NCBI GenBank assembly: GCA_963677075.1 | Contig: OY781873.1 | Location: 1,759,715-1,823,714, forward strand | Length of the DNA: 64,000 nt | Reading direction: 5' to 3' | Source: an uncultured Sphaerochaeta sp. | Lineage (GTDB): Bacteria > Spirochaetota > Spirochaetia > Sphaerochaetales > Sphaerochaetaceae | Shown here: positions 1 to 9,584 of the stretch, piece after piece | Layout of the letters: every line of letters begins with the position of its first letter | Position numbering within the stretch: position 1 is the stretch's first letter | The notes under the pieces: model-generated | Told to the model about the DNA's origin: nothing | Database searches by the model: none | What the model saw: the letters and a program-made list of their open reading frames with translations, nothing else | Translations under genes and position numbers: made by a program

Positions 1-2
1 TC

Positions 3-305
3 AAATACCAACTGCAATCAATTTATACTATCTTTGATGCCTTGCAACGGCTTCATGACTGGTCCTTTTTTCACCCAACCAAGGGTGATCTTCCCATCCT
101 CTCGATCACTGGAGAGGATGATCCCATCCCTGGAGGGGAGCGTGGCCTCTCTGATACGGAACGATCCCTGAATCGGATCGGGTATCATCGCTTCAGTTAT
201 ACGGTCTATGAAGGAATGAGACATGAGGTGCTGATGGAGAGGGAGAAGGAGTTGGTATTCAACCAGATCAAGGAGTTTCTCATCTCAGGGGCTGAACAGA
301 CTTGA
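3..305 (+). CDS. Alpha/beta hydrolase (lysophospholipase-like), C-terminal part, 5'-truncated by the window
   Basis: Frame open from base 3; ends LPILSITGEDDP...YEGMRHEVLME, the typical acid/His end of hydrolase_4 enzymes. Confidence 0.75.
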   Translation, partial: KYQLQSIYTIFDALQRLHDWSFFHPTKGDLPILSITGEDDPIPGGERGLSDTERSLNRIGYHRFSYTVYEGMRHEVLMEREKELVFNQIKEFLISGAEQT

Positions 306-390
306 CGATTCCACTCATTAGCATGATGGTAATAGATGAGGGATTGATTGTACCTCAATTGGTTTTTCGTTGAGAAAGGAGCGATTGACT

Positions 391-558
391 ATGAGAAGGC
401 ATGCACGGGAAACAATCAGAAGACCCAAAGAGATTGAAACAAACTATGATTGGGACCTTGATGAGAAAACAATGCCAAAGAAGATGGCACAAAAGCCCAA
501 GGATGATGATTTTGACGAAGATGATCTCTTTGAAAGCGAAGAGGATGAGGAGTTATAA
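391..558 (+). CDS. Small hypothetical protein with acidic C-terminus
   Basis: ATG after AAGGAG RBS; 55 aa ending DDDFDEDDLFESEEDEEL. Confidence 0.5.
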   Translation: MRRHARETIRRPKEIETNYDWDLDEKTMPKKMAQKPKDDDFDEDDLFESEEDEEL

Positions 559-612
559 ATATCCTCAATTGCATGTTCAATTATACTCTTTCTTTCATCA
601 GGAGGAGTGTTT

Positions 613-1944
613 TTAATGAGGGCAAAAGGCTTCTGCGAGATGCAAGGACCCTGCCTGGATTTGTATCGGTTTTCCAGGGCTGCGGTGTATTACTTGGTTT
701 GAAGCGTTTAGAAACTCTGTGGTAATGGTGTAGGTCCCTTCAGGTAGATCCACGTAGCCAACCCAGGCCTCGGAAGGGAGGAAGTGGGTACTGCGTACAT
801 CAGCACTCTCTGTTACATCTCGAGCAATACGGAAGATCATACCCAGGAGTTCTTCTCCTGCTGTTACCTTGTTGTCCTTTGCCGCATACTCGTCATAGAG
901 AGCAATCCCTACTGCCTTGGCCATCGCACGGGTTATTGCTTTCATTTTAATCAACTCACTCTTCGCTCTAAAGGTATCGATGGCAATGTTGCTGATCGAC
1001 TCAATCCGCTGTAGTGGGATCATCGGCTGTCCCTCGATGGAGACCCTGACAGCCTGTACCTGCGAGGATCCACCAACAAGGACAGGATAGGCAATCTTTG
1101 CCCTATTGTATGAGGATACATACACCCTCTCTACACGTTCTTCCTTCAACGGGGATTGCCCACTGAAGGAGACCATCTGAAGCCTGCCCTTGTCTTGTGG
1201 GAAGGGATCTTCTTCAAGTGCCACTACGGAGGGGAGCGGGAAGGGGTAAAGGGATGGCTGGGATGAGAAGGCATGGCGGACCTGGTCGATGGCAAAGTGC
1301 AAAGTATTGTCCTCACCGAGAGCCTGAGCAACCGAAGCACTCAGGTAATTGGAGAGAGCACTGGTGGAGAAAGCTGTTGCATAGGTTTGGACTGCAGGGG
1401 CATCCAAGCCTTCCTCTCTCGCATATTCAGTCATCTGCTGCTCATATTGTTCATACTTTTGCTTGAGGAATGTTTGTTTCTCTATGCTTCGATTAAGTTC
1501 CACCAATGCAGCTTCGGTTTCTCCCAGATGCATATAGTTCAAAGCCTTGAATACATTGAGATACATGTCCTCGTACTCTTCACCTTGGTAGGCTTTTGTG
1601 TTGTCATTGACGAGAAATGAGGCAATATTGCCTGAAACACTCTCCGTATATGCTTCCCATATAAGCCGCTCTGATTCACTGAGATAGTTGTTGGAATCCG
1701 AGTAGTTTCCACCCAGACGAGAGAGGATTCCAAGGTCATAGTTGACAATGATGGGCCCCTGTTTCTTGAGCAGGGAAGGGGCTTCCAGGAGGAGGCTTTC
1801 ATATGCTCCCTGGTACTTGGCGCCCTTATAGAGGGATTGGGTTGCTGACATGTCCATGAAGGACGTACACCCACTCATCAACACAATGAGCATAAGAAGG
1901 AGGACGAAAAACAACCCGTTTGCTACACTCTTGCGGTATTTCAT
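613..1944 (-). CDS. COG3014-like lipoprotein
   Basis: Signal peptide with lipobox LMSGC; motifs Y.GEEYED.YLN..KALNY and ADVRS..FLP; adjacent to an LpoB-family gene as is usual for this family. Confidence 0.7.
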   Translation of the reverse strand: MKYRKSVANGLFFVLLLMLIVLMSGCTSFMDMSATQSLYKGAKYQGAYESLLLEAPSLLKKQGPIIVNYDLGILSRLGGNYSDSNNYLSESERLIWEAYTESVSGNIASFLVNDNTKAYQGEEYEDMYLNVFKALNYMHLGETEAALVELNRSIEKQTFLKQKYEQYEQQMTEYAREEGLDAPAVQTYATAFSTSALSNYLSASVAQALGEDNTLHFAIDQVRHAFSSQPSLYPFPLPSVVALEEDPFPQDKGRLQMVSFSGQSPLKEERVERVYVSSYNRAKIAYPVLVGGSSQVQAVRVSIEGQPMIPLQRIESISNIAIDTFRAKSELIKMKAITRAMAKAVGIALYDEYAAKDNKVTAGEELLGMIFRIARDVTESADVRSTHFLPSEAWVGYVDLPEGTYTITTEFLNASNQVIHRSPGKPIQIQAGSLHLAEAFCPH

Positions 1945-2121
1945 TACATCCTTCCTCATTCTGTATGGGCACAATGTAGCATTGGGTTATGCGTGGCGCA
2001 ATAATGAATCGCTAAAAAAATGTAGAATGTCTCATTTTTCGTACCAATGATTCCTACACAAGTGATGATGAGTCTGTTACACTGTGGCGTATACCGAAGC
2101 GAAATGTGAAGGAGATTTGTA

Positions 2122-2733
2122 ATGAAACGTCTAAGCCTCTACGGCCTCTTTATAGTGCTGGTATCTGTACTCTTGATCTCATGTCAGTCTCCCGTGTCAG
2201 TTAGCCGCATAAGTGCTGATACCGATATTGACTTGAGCGGGAATTGGAACGACACCGATATTCGTATTGTGGCAGAGGCACTGGTTGATTCCAGTCTATC
2301 CTCTCCATGGATCACGCAGTATAAGATGGCTCATCCTGGGGACAATCCAGTGGTCATCGTAGGAACGTTCCTTAACCGTAGCAGTGAGCATATCGATACC
2401 TCGATTATATCCAAACGGTATGAGATGGCCCTCATCAATTCAGGAAAGGTCGATATGGTAGCTGATCAGAGCTTCCGTGCTTCAGTGAGAGAGGAGCGTG
2501 AGGAACAACAGTTCTTTGCGAGCGAGGAAACGGCCAAAGCACTTGGAAAGGAAATTGGAGCAGATTACCTATTGCAAGGATCGGTGAGAACCAATCTTGA
2601 CCAGAGTGGTGGCCAGATGGTGAGAACCTACTATGTTTCAGCGGAATTGATCGATATCGAGACCAATAGGAAAGTGTGGGTTGGAGAAGAGACAATCAAG
2701 AAGCTCATCAAGCAAAGTAAATATAAGCTGTAG
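2122..2733 (+). CDS. LpoB-family (penicillin-binding protein activator-like) lipoprotein
   Basis: Lipobox LISC; DLSGNWNDTD, NRSSEHIDT, GADYLLQGSV, YYVSAELIDIETNRKVW. Confidence 0.8.
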   Translation: MKRLSLYGLFIVLVSVLLISCQSPVSVSRISADTDIDLSGNWNDTDIRIVAEALVDSSLSSPWITQYKMAHPGDNPVVIVGTFLNRSSEHIDTSIISKRYEMALINSGKVDMVADQSFRASVREEREEQQFFASEETAKALGKEIGADYLLQGSVRTNLDQSGGQMVRTYYVSAELIDIETNRKVWVGEETIKKLIKQSKYKL

Positions 2734-2741
2734 GAGGGTAC

Positions 2742-3758
2742 ATGAGAAAATATCTTGTGGTGCCTGTATTGCTCTTCCTGGTCCTGGGATTTTCCTGTAC
2801 CTCCTTAGGATCCTCCAAGGTTCCCTCCTGGATCGACCACCCCTATGACAATGCCTATGACGAAGATACCTACCTCTGTGCCGTTGGTTCTGGATCATCA
2901 CGACAAAAGGCTGTTGATGCAGCACTTGCCAGCCTGTCACAGGTTTTCAATGCCCAGGTTCGCTCAGTTACTGAAGTCAGCAGTCTCTCTACCGCTGCAA
3001 CCGATACAATGGGAAATGTGACGTTTACCGAATCCTCTGAGATGATGGATTTTGGCAGTGTCACCAGCGAGACTGACCAGATCATCGGCTCTGAAGTGGT
3101 CAATGTCTATACTGATGAACTAGGCAGGGTCCATGCCCGCGTTGCATTGCACCGAGAGCGGACTGCCTCACTGTATCAGAAACAAATAGCTGAATTGGGT
3201 AGCTCAATCGCACAATTGAATATGCGAAAAGCAACTGCAGATACCCTGCTCGCAGAGTATGTGCTCCTTCGTGAAACACGGGAGTTGGCAAAGCAACAAC
3301 AAGCTCTCTATAACCAGTTACAGGTGTTGCTTAAGCAGCCCCAGATGCAAGTGCTGGCTCCGATTGACCGAGCCCTATCAGCACTGGCACAGCAGATAAC
3401 CATTGCAGTAGAGGTTTCTGAGAATGTAAATGCCTCTCCTGTACTCAGGGCAGCCTTTGAACAGGGCCTGCAGGAGAGAGGTTTTGCGACCGGTGCACAG
3501 GACCCCTATGCAATATTGGATGTCTGGTACACCGTAGAGCCGATTACTATGGAGGGCAGTCCATATGCCTATGCTCGATATACCCTGTCTGTTCAATTAA
3601 AGGATAGCAAGCAGGTCTATGTCTCCTATGAGAAGGCGGACAGAGAGGCGGCCATGAGTGAGAGGGATGCTCTTGCAAAGGCGTTGAAAGCTGCAAGTTC
3701 ATCTGGTGTTGATGGATTCTTTACCCTGATGCTGGAAACGCTTGGGGATGAAACATAG
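2742..3758 (+). CDS. LPP20-family lipoprotein
   Basis: Lipobox GFSC; P.WI..P...Y...YLCAVGSG...A...ALA.LSQ.F. Confidence 0.7.
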   Translation: MRKYLVVPVLLFLVLGFSCTSLGSSKVPSWIDHPYDNAYDEDTYLCAVGSGSSRQKAVDAALASLSQVFNAQVRSVTEVSSLSTAATDTMGNVTFTESSEMMDFGSVTSETDQIIGSEVVNVYTDELGRVHARVALHRERTASLYQKQIAELGSSIAQLNMRKATADTLLAEYVLLRETRELAKQQQALYNQLQVLLKQPQMQVLAPIDRALSALAQQITIAVEVSENVNASPVLRAAFEQGLQERGFATGAQDPYAILDVWYTVEPITMEGSPYAYARYTLSVQLKDSKQVYVSYEKADREAAMSERDALAKALKAASSSGVDGFFTLMLETLGDET

Positions 3759-3770
3759 TTGGAGGATGAT

Positions 3771-4355
3771 ATGAAAAAGTTGTTAACGATTCTGGTACTC
3801 GCATTACTCGCACTTGCAATGACCGGTTGTGCTACCGCCAAGGTTGCCGAGCCTGTCGAACCTACTCGTCCAGTCATCATTGGCGCTGAGGGTATTCCCC
3901 AGCCGGATTGGGTCTACAAGACTGTTTCCACCCAGGACATGCACTTTGAGACCGGATACGGCAAGATGAGTGACAAACAGAACTCAATCAAGCGTGCCAC
4001 CGTTGAAGCAAAGAACAAGATTGCCGCTTGGATCAGTACTCAGGTCAAGGAAGTAGTGGTCACCTACATCAACGATGCCGGTAGCGGCGACAATCGTCAG
4101 GCTCTTGATGCCATGGAAGTGATCAGCCAGCAGGTAGCAGAGGCAACCCTCTCTGGTGTAAGTACAGAAGAAGTCTGGGTCGATGCTGAGAATGGGGTAT
4201 GGGTACTTTGCTCAATTCCCATTGCCAATATCGAGCAGAACTTTGAACCAGCTTCAGAAGCTGTTGCAGAGGCTTTTGTCGAGAGTGAGGCAGCTGAGGC
4301 AGCCAACACGAAGATGAAAGAAGCATTCGCCAACTTGTTGAAGGGAGCTAACTGA
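3771..4355 (+). CDS. LPP20-family lipoprotein
   Basis: MKK signal, lipobox MTGC; PDWV...G.G......A...AK..IA. Confidence 0.7.
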   Translation: MKKLLTILVLALLALAMTGCATAKVAEPVEPTRPVIIGAEGIPQPDWVYKTVSTQDMHFETGYGKMSDKQNSIKRATVEAKNKIAAWISTQVKEVVVTYINDAGSGDNRQALDAMEVISQQVAEATLSGVSTEEVWVDAENGVWVLCSIPIANIEQNFEPASEAVAEAFVESEAAEAANTKMKEAFANLLKGAN

Positions 4356-4357
4356 GT

Positions 4358-5122
4358 TTGTCCGTACGTAATTATGTAGTGGCCATCAGTTTGCTGGTGG
4401 TGATGCTTGCCTTAGGTTGCTCCACCACCAGTGTCCCCATTGCAGAGGAGGATGCTCTATCCCGTCTTGATGTGAGCAAATATCCCTCCAATGTGTATGT
4501 GGGTCTATCTGGGCCATATTCCACCCAAGAGAGAATGGTGAGTGAGGCAATCCTTTCCGCTGCAAGATCCATACATATCAAGCAGGCCCTTGCACTGGAT
4601 AGTAGGCTTGTTACTTCCTATCGTTCAGACAAGGGTTTGCAGTCCTTTGCAAAGGATGAAGCAGCCTTCTTTGACGATACAGCCATGGCAGAGACCATCA
4701 ACCAACTTGAAATCCTGGAAGTCCATTTCGATCCCGAAGCCGGTGCTGTCGTGATCGTGAAGAACAGGCAGGAGGATGGGGAAGATCGTATATACGAGAG
4801 TGAGTACAACAAGGAGGGTAAGCCGACTTGGCTTGCTGTCTACCCCAAGTTGGATGGGTATCGATTTGGTGTTGGGTCAGCTAAACGCCATTACTTCCTA
4901 AACAATTCATTGGAGGCGGCAGATTTTTCTGCTGCTCAAAATCTTCTCGATCTGAAGACAGAACACGCATATTCAATCGAGAACGTGACCACAAAGAACG
5001 AGCTGATGGAGCGCTCGCTCTACCAGGCTCAGCGGGGCTTGCTCAAGGGGTTTACCATCATAGCACGTTACTATGAGAAGGAAACCGATACCTATTGGAG
5101 TCTTGCTGCCAGTCTGGAATAA
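4358..5122 (+). CDS. Lipoprotein with LPP20-like C-terminal domain
   Basis: TTG start, lipobox ALGC; KPTWL...P...YRFGVGSA. Confidence 0.6.
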   Translation: MSVRNYVVAISLLVVMLALGCSTTSVPIAEEDALSRLDVSKYPSNVYVGLSGPYSTQERMVSEAILSAARSIHIKQALALDSRLVTSYRSDKGLQSFAKDEAAFFDDTAMAETINQLEILEVHFDPEAGAVVIVKNRQEDGEDRIYESEYNKEGKPTWLAVYPKLDGYRFGVGSAKRHYFLNNSLEAADFSAAQNLLDLKTEHAYSIENVTTKNELMERSLYQAQRGLLKGFTIIARYYEKETDTYWSLAASLE

Positions 5123-5133
5123 GGAACATTGCT

Positions 5134-5700
5134 ATGAAACGAATCATGTTGGTGGGTCTTGTGTGCATTCTGCTTGTATCCTCATGCGCGATTACCCCAA
5201 AAAGCAATCCAGATGGATCACCGTACTGGACAACGCACCCTCCCAAGAGTTCCCGTTCATTGCACTATGAGGTGGGCTCGGCAAAGCAATCAACTGCACA
5301 ACTCAGTAAGATGCGAGCCGAGTCGGCTGCACGCGATGCAATCGGCCGATGGGCATCCACCAGCGTGGATAATGCACTGGTCACCTTCGTTGAGGAGTCT
5401 GGAGAGGTCTTGAGGACCAAGCAAATGCTGGAAGTTCTCCAGAACCTCAGTGTACAGACAGTGAGTATCGCCTTGCGTGGTGTATCCATTGAAGAGTATT
5501 ACAATGCTCCTGATGGGACAGTCTACGTCCTTGCCTCCTATCCGGTGAAGAATCTTAAGGATGCTTATAAGCAACAGGCAGAGGAGCTGGAACGCCAGTT
5601 TGAACTGGATAAGGCCAGTGCTGAAGCAGATCTGATCAAGGCAGAGGTATTGCTCTCCTATCTTGACGCGCTTTTGGAAGAGGAAATTTCAGAAGAGTAA
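5134..5700 (+). CDS. LPP20-family lipoprotein
   Basis: Lipobox VSSC; PYW..HPP......VGSAK......RAE..AR..I. Confidence 0.7.
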   Translation: MKRIMLVGLVCILLVSSCAITPKSNPDGSPYWTTHPPKSSRSLHYEVGSAKQSTAQLSKMRAESAARDAIGRWASTSVDNALVTFVEESGEVLRTKQMLEVLQNLSVQTVSIALRGVSIEEYYNAPDGTVYVLASYPVKNLKDAYKQQAEELERQFELDKASAEADLIKAEVLLSYLDALLEEEISEE

Positions 5701-5721
5701 TTTCAGAGACTAACAATTGGG

Positions 5722-5745
5722 GCCGGAGGGAATATTCCCTCCGGC
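5722..5745 (+). terminator. Perfect 24-bp palindrome, probable terminator of the lipoprotein operon
   Basis: GCCGGAGGGAAT/ATTCCCTCCGGC 21 nt after the last stop; weak U-tract. Confidence 0.55.
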
Positions 5746-5807
5746 TCTCGCTTTGTCTTGACGCTTCGATGCGTTTTCGCCATCTTGGATATAGGAGAAC
5801 CTAGTAA

Positions 5808-6200
5808 ATGAGTAAGATATTAATTATAGTCCTTATCCTCATTGCCCTGGTGGGTGGAGTGATTTGGAAAACAAGACAGCCAGAGAGTGGCACATATGAA
5901 AAGATTTCTGCTGAAACTGCCTTTTCCATGATGCAGGAGAAGCAGGATATTCTCATTGTTGATGTTCGTACCCCAGGTGAGTATGCTGAAGGACACGTCC
6001 AAGGTGCCATCAATGTTCCCTTGCAGTCGATTGAAGCGGGAGATCTCTCCCTGCTTCCAGACAGGGACCAAAGACTGCTTATCTACTGCAGAAGTGGATC
6101 TCGTAGTGCCAGTGCATCCAAATCCCTAGTCAGACAGGGGTACACTTCGGTGTATGATTTTGGTGGAATCATCAATTGGCCATATGGTACTGTCAGGTAG
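5808..6200 (+). CDS. Rhodanese-like domain protein with N-terminal anchor
   Basis: IVDVRTPGEYAEGHVQGAINVP and YCRSGSRS. Confidence 0.9.
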   Translation: MSKILIIVLILIALVGGVIWKTRQPESGTYEKISAETAFSMMQEKQDILIVDVRTPGEYAEGHVQGAINVPLQSIEAGDLSLLPDRDQRLLIYCRSGSRSASASKSLVRQGYTSVYDFGGIINWPYGTVR

Positions 6201-6208
6201 GAGGAATC

Positions 6209-6826
6209 GTGGTGAAGGCATCTTTGCTGTCTCTGAAGCATCCAGAGTATCTACATATTCGTACGGATGAAACAGTATATTATGGAGCTGACCAGGAGTG
6301 GTTTCCACAATCTTGGCAGAGACGGGCAGGATGTGGGCCTACCACTGCAAGCCATCTCGTGTTGTACAACCTTGGGAAAAGACATGGAGTATCTGCAGTA
6401 ACACAGAAGAAGCAGATGGTCACCTTGATGCAACAGCTCTGGAATCATGTGACCCCAACCTTGATGGGAGTGCATTTGGTCAGTCAATTTACCAAGGGTC
6501 TGATTTCTGCACTACCTGAGCAAGAAATCGATGGGGAAGTGGAGAGTCTGTCACTCCCCAAATCTAGAGAGGTGAGACCTTCTTTTTCGATGGTTGTGGA
6601 ATTCATTCAGGAGAGCTTGTTGCGTGACCAACCTGTGGCATTCCTTAATCTCCACCATGGGGAAGTCCTGAACCTTGACTCCTGGCACTGGGTTACCATT
6701 GTTGCCCTGGATGCTGAATCGGGGAGGATACGGGTGTATGATGGGGGAAAAGAGTGGGATATTGATCTTCATCTCTGGTACAGAACCACTCCAAGATCTG
6801 GTGGTTTTGCTGCTATAAGGAGCTGA
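6209..6826 (+). CDS. Hypothetical protein, peptidase C39-like
   Basis: QEWF...AGCGPTT (Cys) and WHWVTIV (His); GTG start after GGAGG. Confidence 0.55.
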   Translation: MVKASLLSLKHPEYLHIRTDETVYYGADQEWFPQSWQRRAGCGPTTASHLVLYNLGKRHGVSAVTQKKQMVTLMQQLWNHVTPTLMGVHLVSQFTKGLISALPEQEIDGEVESLSLPKSREVRPSFSMVVEFIQESLLRDQPVAFLNLHHGEVLNLDSWHWVTIVALDAESGRIRVYDGGKEWDIDLHLWYRTTPRSGGFAAIRS

Positions 6827-9584
6827 GTATTCGCTCAACTAGGTGTGGATCGACCTCGATTCCAGCGAGCTTAGTAAGGGTTTTTTCAATCTGTTTATTT
6901 GTTGCTTGATCCAGATGTTCCCGCTCCCAGACTTCCGCCAATCGCAAGAGCCTGGAAAAATAGGGGATTTCCGTGCCCCGTAATCCCTTCATGTAGCCGC
7001 TACCATCCCACCACTCATGGTGATGGAGAATCATGGGGGCCAAATCTACTGTCTCCTCAAACATATTGAGGATGCGATAACCTGCACTGACGTGTTCTCT
7101 GTAAAGCTCTTGGATCAGAGTATCTCGGTTCTTTGAGGTGATTATCTCAGGTGCCAGTACGACTTTTCCGATATCATGATAGAATCCTGCACGCTGAAGT
7201 TTGCTTGCTTCTTCATCGTTGAGATGCAGCAAGGTAGCTAAATAGGCAGCGTGCTGTTGTACTTTCTTTGCATGAAGGCGTTCAACAGGAGCCTTCTCAT
7301 AGAGCATTTCACACAGATCCTGTAGTTGCTGTTTCTGGGTTTCAGCTCTACGAAGTGTTTTCCTGCGATACATCTGATCTTCTGCCCGGTCAAACGTTCC
7401 TTGGATGGCGTCCTCTGTGGAATTTTTGGTTGCACTTCCCAGAGCAATGCTGCGTTTTCCTGCGCGTATCCCATCTTCTTCCAGATGTTCCTCGATTCTT
7501 TTGACAATCTGGTTCGCTTCATTGCCATCAGTATGCGGAAGCAAGATAAGGAATTCATCACCTCCAATTCTGCTCACCACATCACTGGTCCTACATGACA
7601 ATCGTAGACTTCTGGCAATACGCTGTAGGAGCTTGTCTCCCATGGCGTGTCCAAAAATATCATTGGTCAGTTTCAGCCCATTCACATCCCCTATGATGAT
7701 GGAAAGTGGGAGTTGGTCTTCTGTATCGAGTCTTACCATAGCCTGGTCAGCATAGGTGCGGTTATGGAGCCCTGTCAGCTGGTCGTGTAGAGAGAGGAAT
7801 GCAATCTTCTCTTGATTCCTCTTTCTCTCAGTATTGTCCAGGAAGGTGATAACAGACCCAATGATTGTGCCATTCTCCAGCTGCGGATAGGCATAGCACA
7901 GAACATCGAGACAGGTCCCATCCTTTCTCCAGAATACCTCACTCTCCATAGCCACTCCATCACTGCTGGAAAGGCAGGACCTGATCGGACAGGTCCCTTC
8001 ATCAATGGGCAGGCCTTCCCTGGTACTGTGATGGATCAACCGATGCATGTTTTTTCCCAGTAGTTCCTGTTCATCCTCGTATCCAAGCAAACGAAGGCAA
8101 CTTGCATTGCAAAAGGTGCAGCGTCCCTTGCCATCCGTACCAAAAATACCTTCGGCTGTGGAATCAAGTATCAGTCTAAGGTCCCGTTTGCTTGCTTCCA
8201 AAGCCGCTGCATTCTGTGCCTTATGCATGTTTGCCCAAATACCAGAGAAGAGTAATTGGATCTGAAATCCCTCTGTTTCATTATAGCCTTCCTTGCTGTT
8301 TGCAAGCAGGAGGATGCCTGAGAGCGTGGTGCCGGTCATGCAGGTACAAACAAGAAGGTTCATGACACTGATCTCTTCTCCCGTAATGAAGGAGAGTATC
8401 GGTTCCTGATCAACTTGCTCATTGATGATTGAGAATGATGCATCGCTCTTTTCGGTAAGATAGCAGTCCGTAACGGAGGAGGGGATTACCATTCCTTGTT
8501 TTTGAGGTAGATCATAGAGAGGCTTGGCCTCTTTTGCAGCTCCCATGGTTATCGTCCTGGTTTCCTCATCAATAATGAGCAATACCCCAATCTTGCTTCC
8601 GTTGATTGCACATACCTCTTCAAGAGTATTGGTCAGTTGATTATCTGGGTTCTTGATCGAAGAGGAGAGGAGATGGGAGAATGCTGCAGCACGTCGTGCA
8701 TTTTCCCTGAGGGTTCGCTCAAGATGTCTTTGTTCAGTAATATCTTCAGCAAATGCTCCAAGGCCAATGGTTCCTCCCGGAAGTAATAAGGGGAATTTTG
8801 TTGTCTTGTAAAGCCTTTCTCTCCAGGTCGTTTCCTTTTCCACAGTCTTCAGCTCATTCAATGCTTCCCGGTCGCTCTCCACCATCAAGCTTGCAAGATC
8901 ATGATGGGCTACCTCTTCGATTTGCTTACCAAGGAGGGAGTCTTCATCACAGGAGAGAAGCCGGCAAAGGTTATCATTTACGGTCAGGAATCGACCTTCA
9001 CCATCTTTTATATAACTATATCGGTTATCAGCATTGAGAAATTGCTTGAGCAATGAGAGGTTGTCAGCATGTTGCTGGTTCACTTTCTGTAATTGTTTAT
9101 TCTGACGAGATTGAAAAACCAAGAAAAGTGTGAGGAAGAGGATGGTAAGTAATGATGTTGCGACCAAGGCATAACTTATTCGTCTATTACGGACCAGCAG
9201 CCTCTGTTCAGCACTTTTATCTTGCAGTAAAACCATGAAATATGGAGATCCGGTCGCTCCGACCTGTTGGATTCCTACCAGAAAATAGAGCTCTCTTTCC
9301 TCGTCGGTTTCAAGGAAAATTATCTGGTTATGCAAATCAGTAAGAGAGTGAATGGTTTTTCCCATTAGAGCTGGGAAATTTCTTCCGATGAGTCTTTCCT
9401 TGGGTATTGAAAAATATTCGGCACAGGCTGGATTTGCATAGCGTATGGAGTTGTCTCGCTCATCTATCAGAAGCATGGGGTTTCTGGCGTTCTCAACTCC
9501 CCTGTCCAGAGCAGGAAGTGTTTCAGCAGCCAAGGAAACAAGAGAGAAGAACATCAATAGCGTAAGAAATAATACGTTACGCAT
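6813..9584 (-). CDS. PAS/GAF sensor with GGDEF and HD-GYP domains
   Basis: Several PAS folds, DQLTGLHNR...RIGGDEF, YHDIGK...HHEWWDGSGYMKGL. Confidence 0.9.
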   Translation of the reverse strand: MRNVLFLTLLMFFSLVSLAAETLPALDRGVENARNPMLLIDERDNSIRYANPACAEYFSIPKERLIGRNFPALMGKTIHSLTDLHNQIIFLETDEERELYFLVGIQQVGATGSPYFMVLLQDKSAEQRLLVRNRRISYALVATSLLTILFLTLFLVFQSRQNKQLQKVNQQHADNLSLLKQFLNADNRYSYIKDGEGRFLTVNDNLCRLLSCDEDSLLGKQIEEVAHHDLASLMVESDREALNELKTVEKETTWRERLYKTTKFPLLLPGGTIGLGAFAEDITEQRHLERTLRENARRAAAFSHLLSSSIKNPDNQLTNTLEEVCAINGSKIGVLLIIDEETRTITMGAAKEAKPLYDLPQKQGMVIPSSVTDCYLTEKSDASFSIINEQVDQEPILSFITGEEISVMNLLVCTCMTGTTLSGILLLANSKEGYNETEGFQIQLLFSGIWANMHKAQNAAALEASKRDLRLILDSTAEGIFGTDGKGRCTFCNASCLRLLGYEDEQELLGKNMHRLIHHSTREGLPIDEGTCPIRSCLSSSDGVAMESEVFWRKDGTCLDVLCYAYPQLENGTIIGSVITFLDNTERKRNQEKIAFLSLHDQLTGLHNRTYADQAMVRLDTEDQLPLSIIIGDVNGLKLTNDIFGHAMGDKLLQRIARSLRLSCRTSDVVSRIGGDEFLILLPHTDGNEANQIVKRIEEHLEEDGIRAGKRSIALGSATKNSTEDAIQGTFDRAEDQMYRRKTLRRAETQKQQLQDLCEMLYEKAPVERLHAKKVQQHAAYLATLLHLNDEEASKLQRAGFYHDIGKVVLAPEIITSKNRDTLIQELYREHVSAGYRILNMFEETVDLAPMILHHHEWWDGSGYMKGLRGTEIPYFSRLLRLAEVWEREHLDQATNKQIEKTLTKLAGIEVDPHLVERILSSL

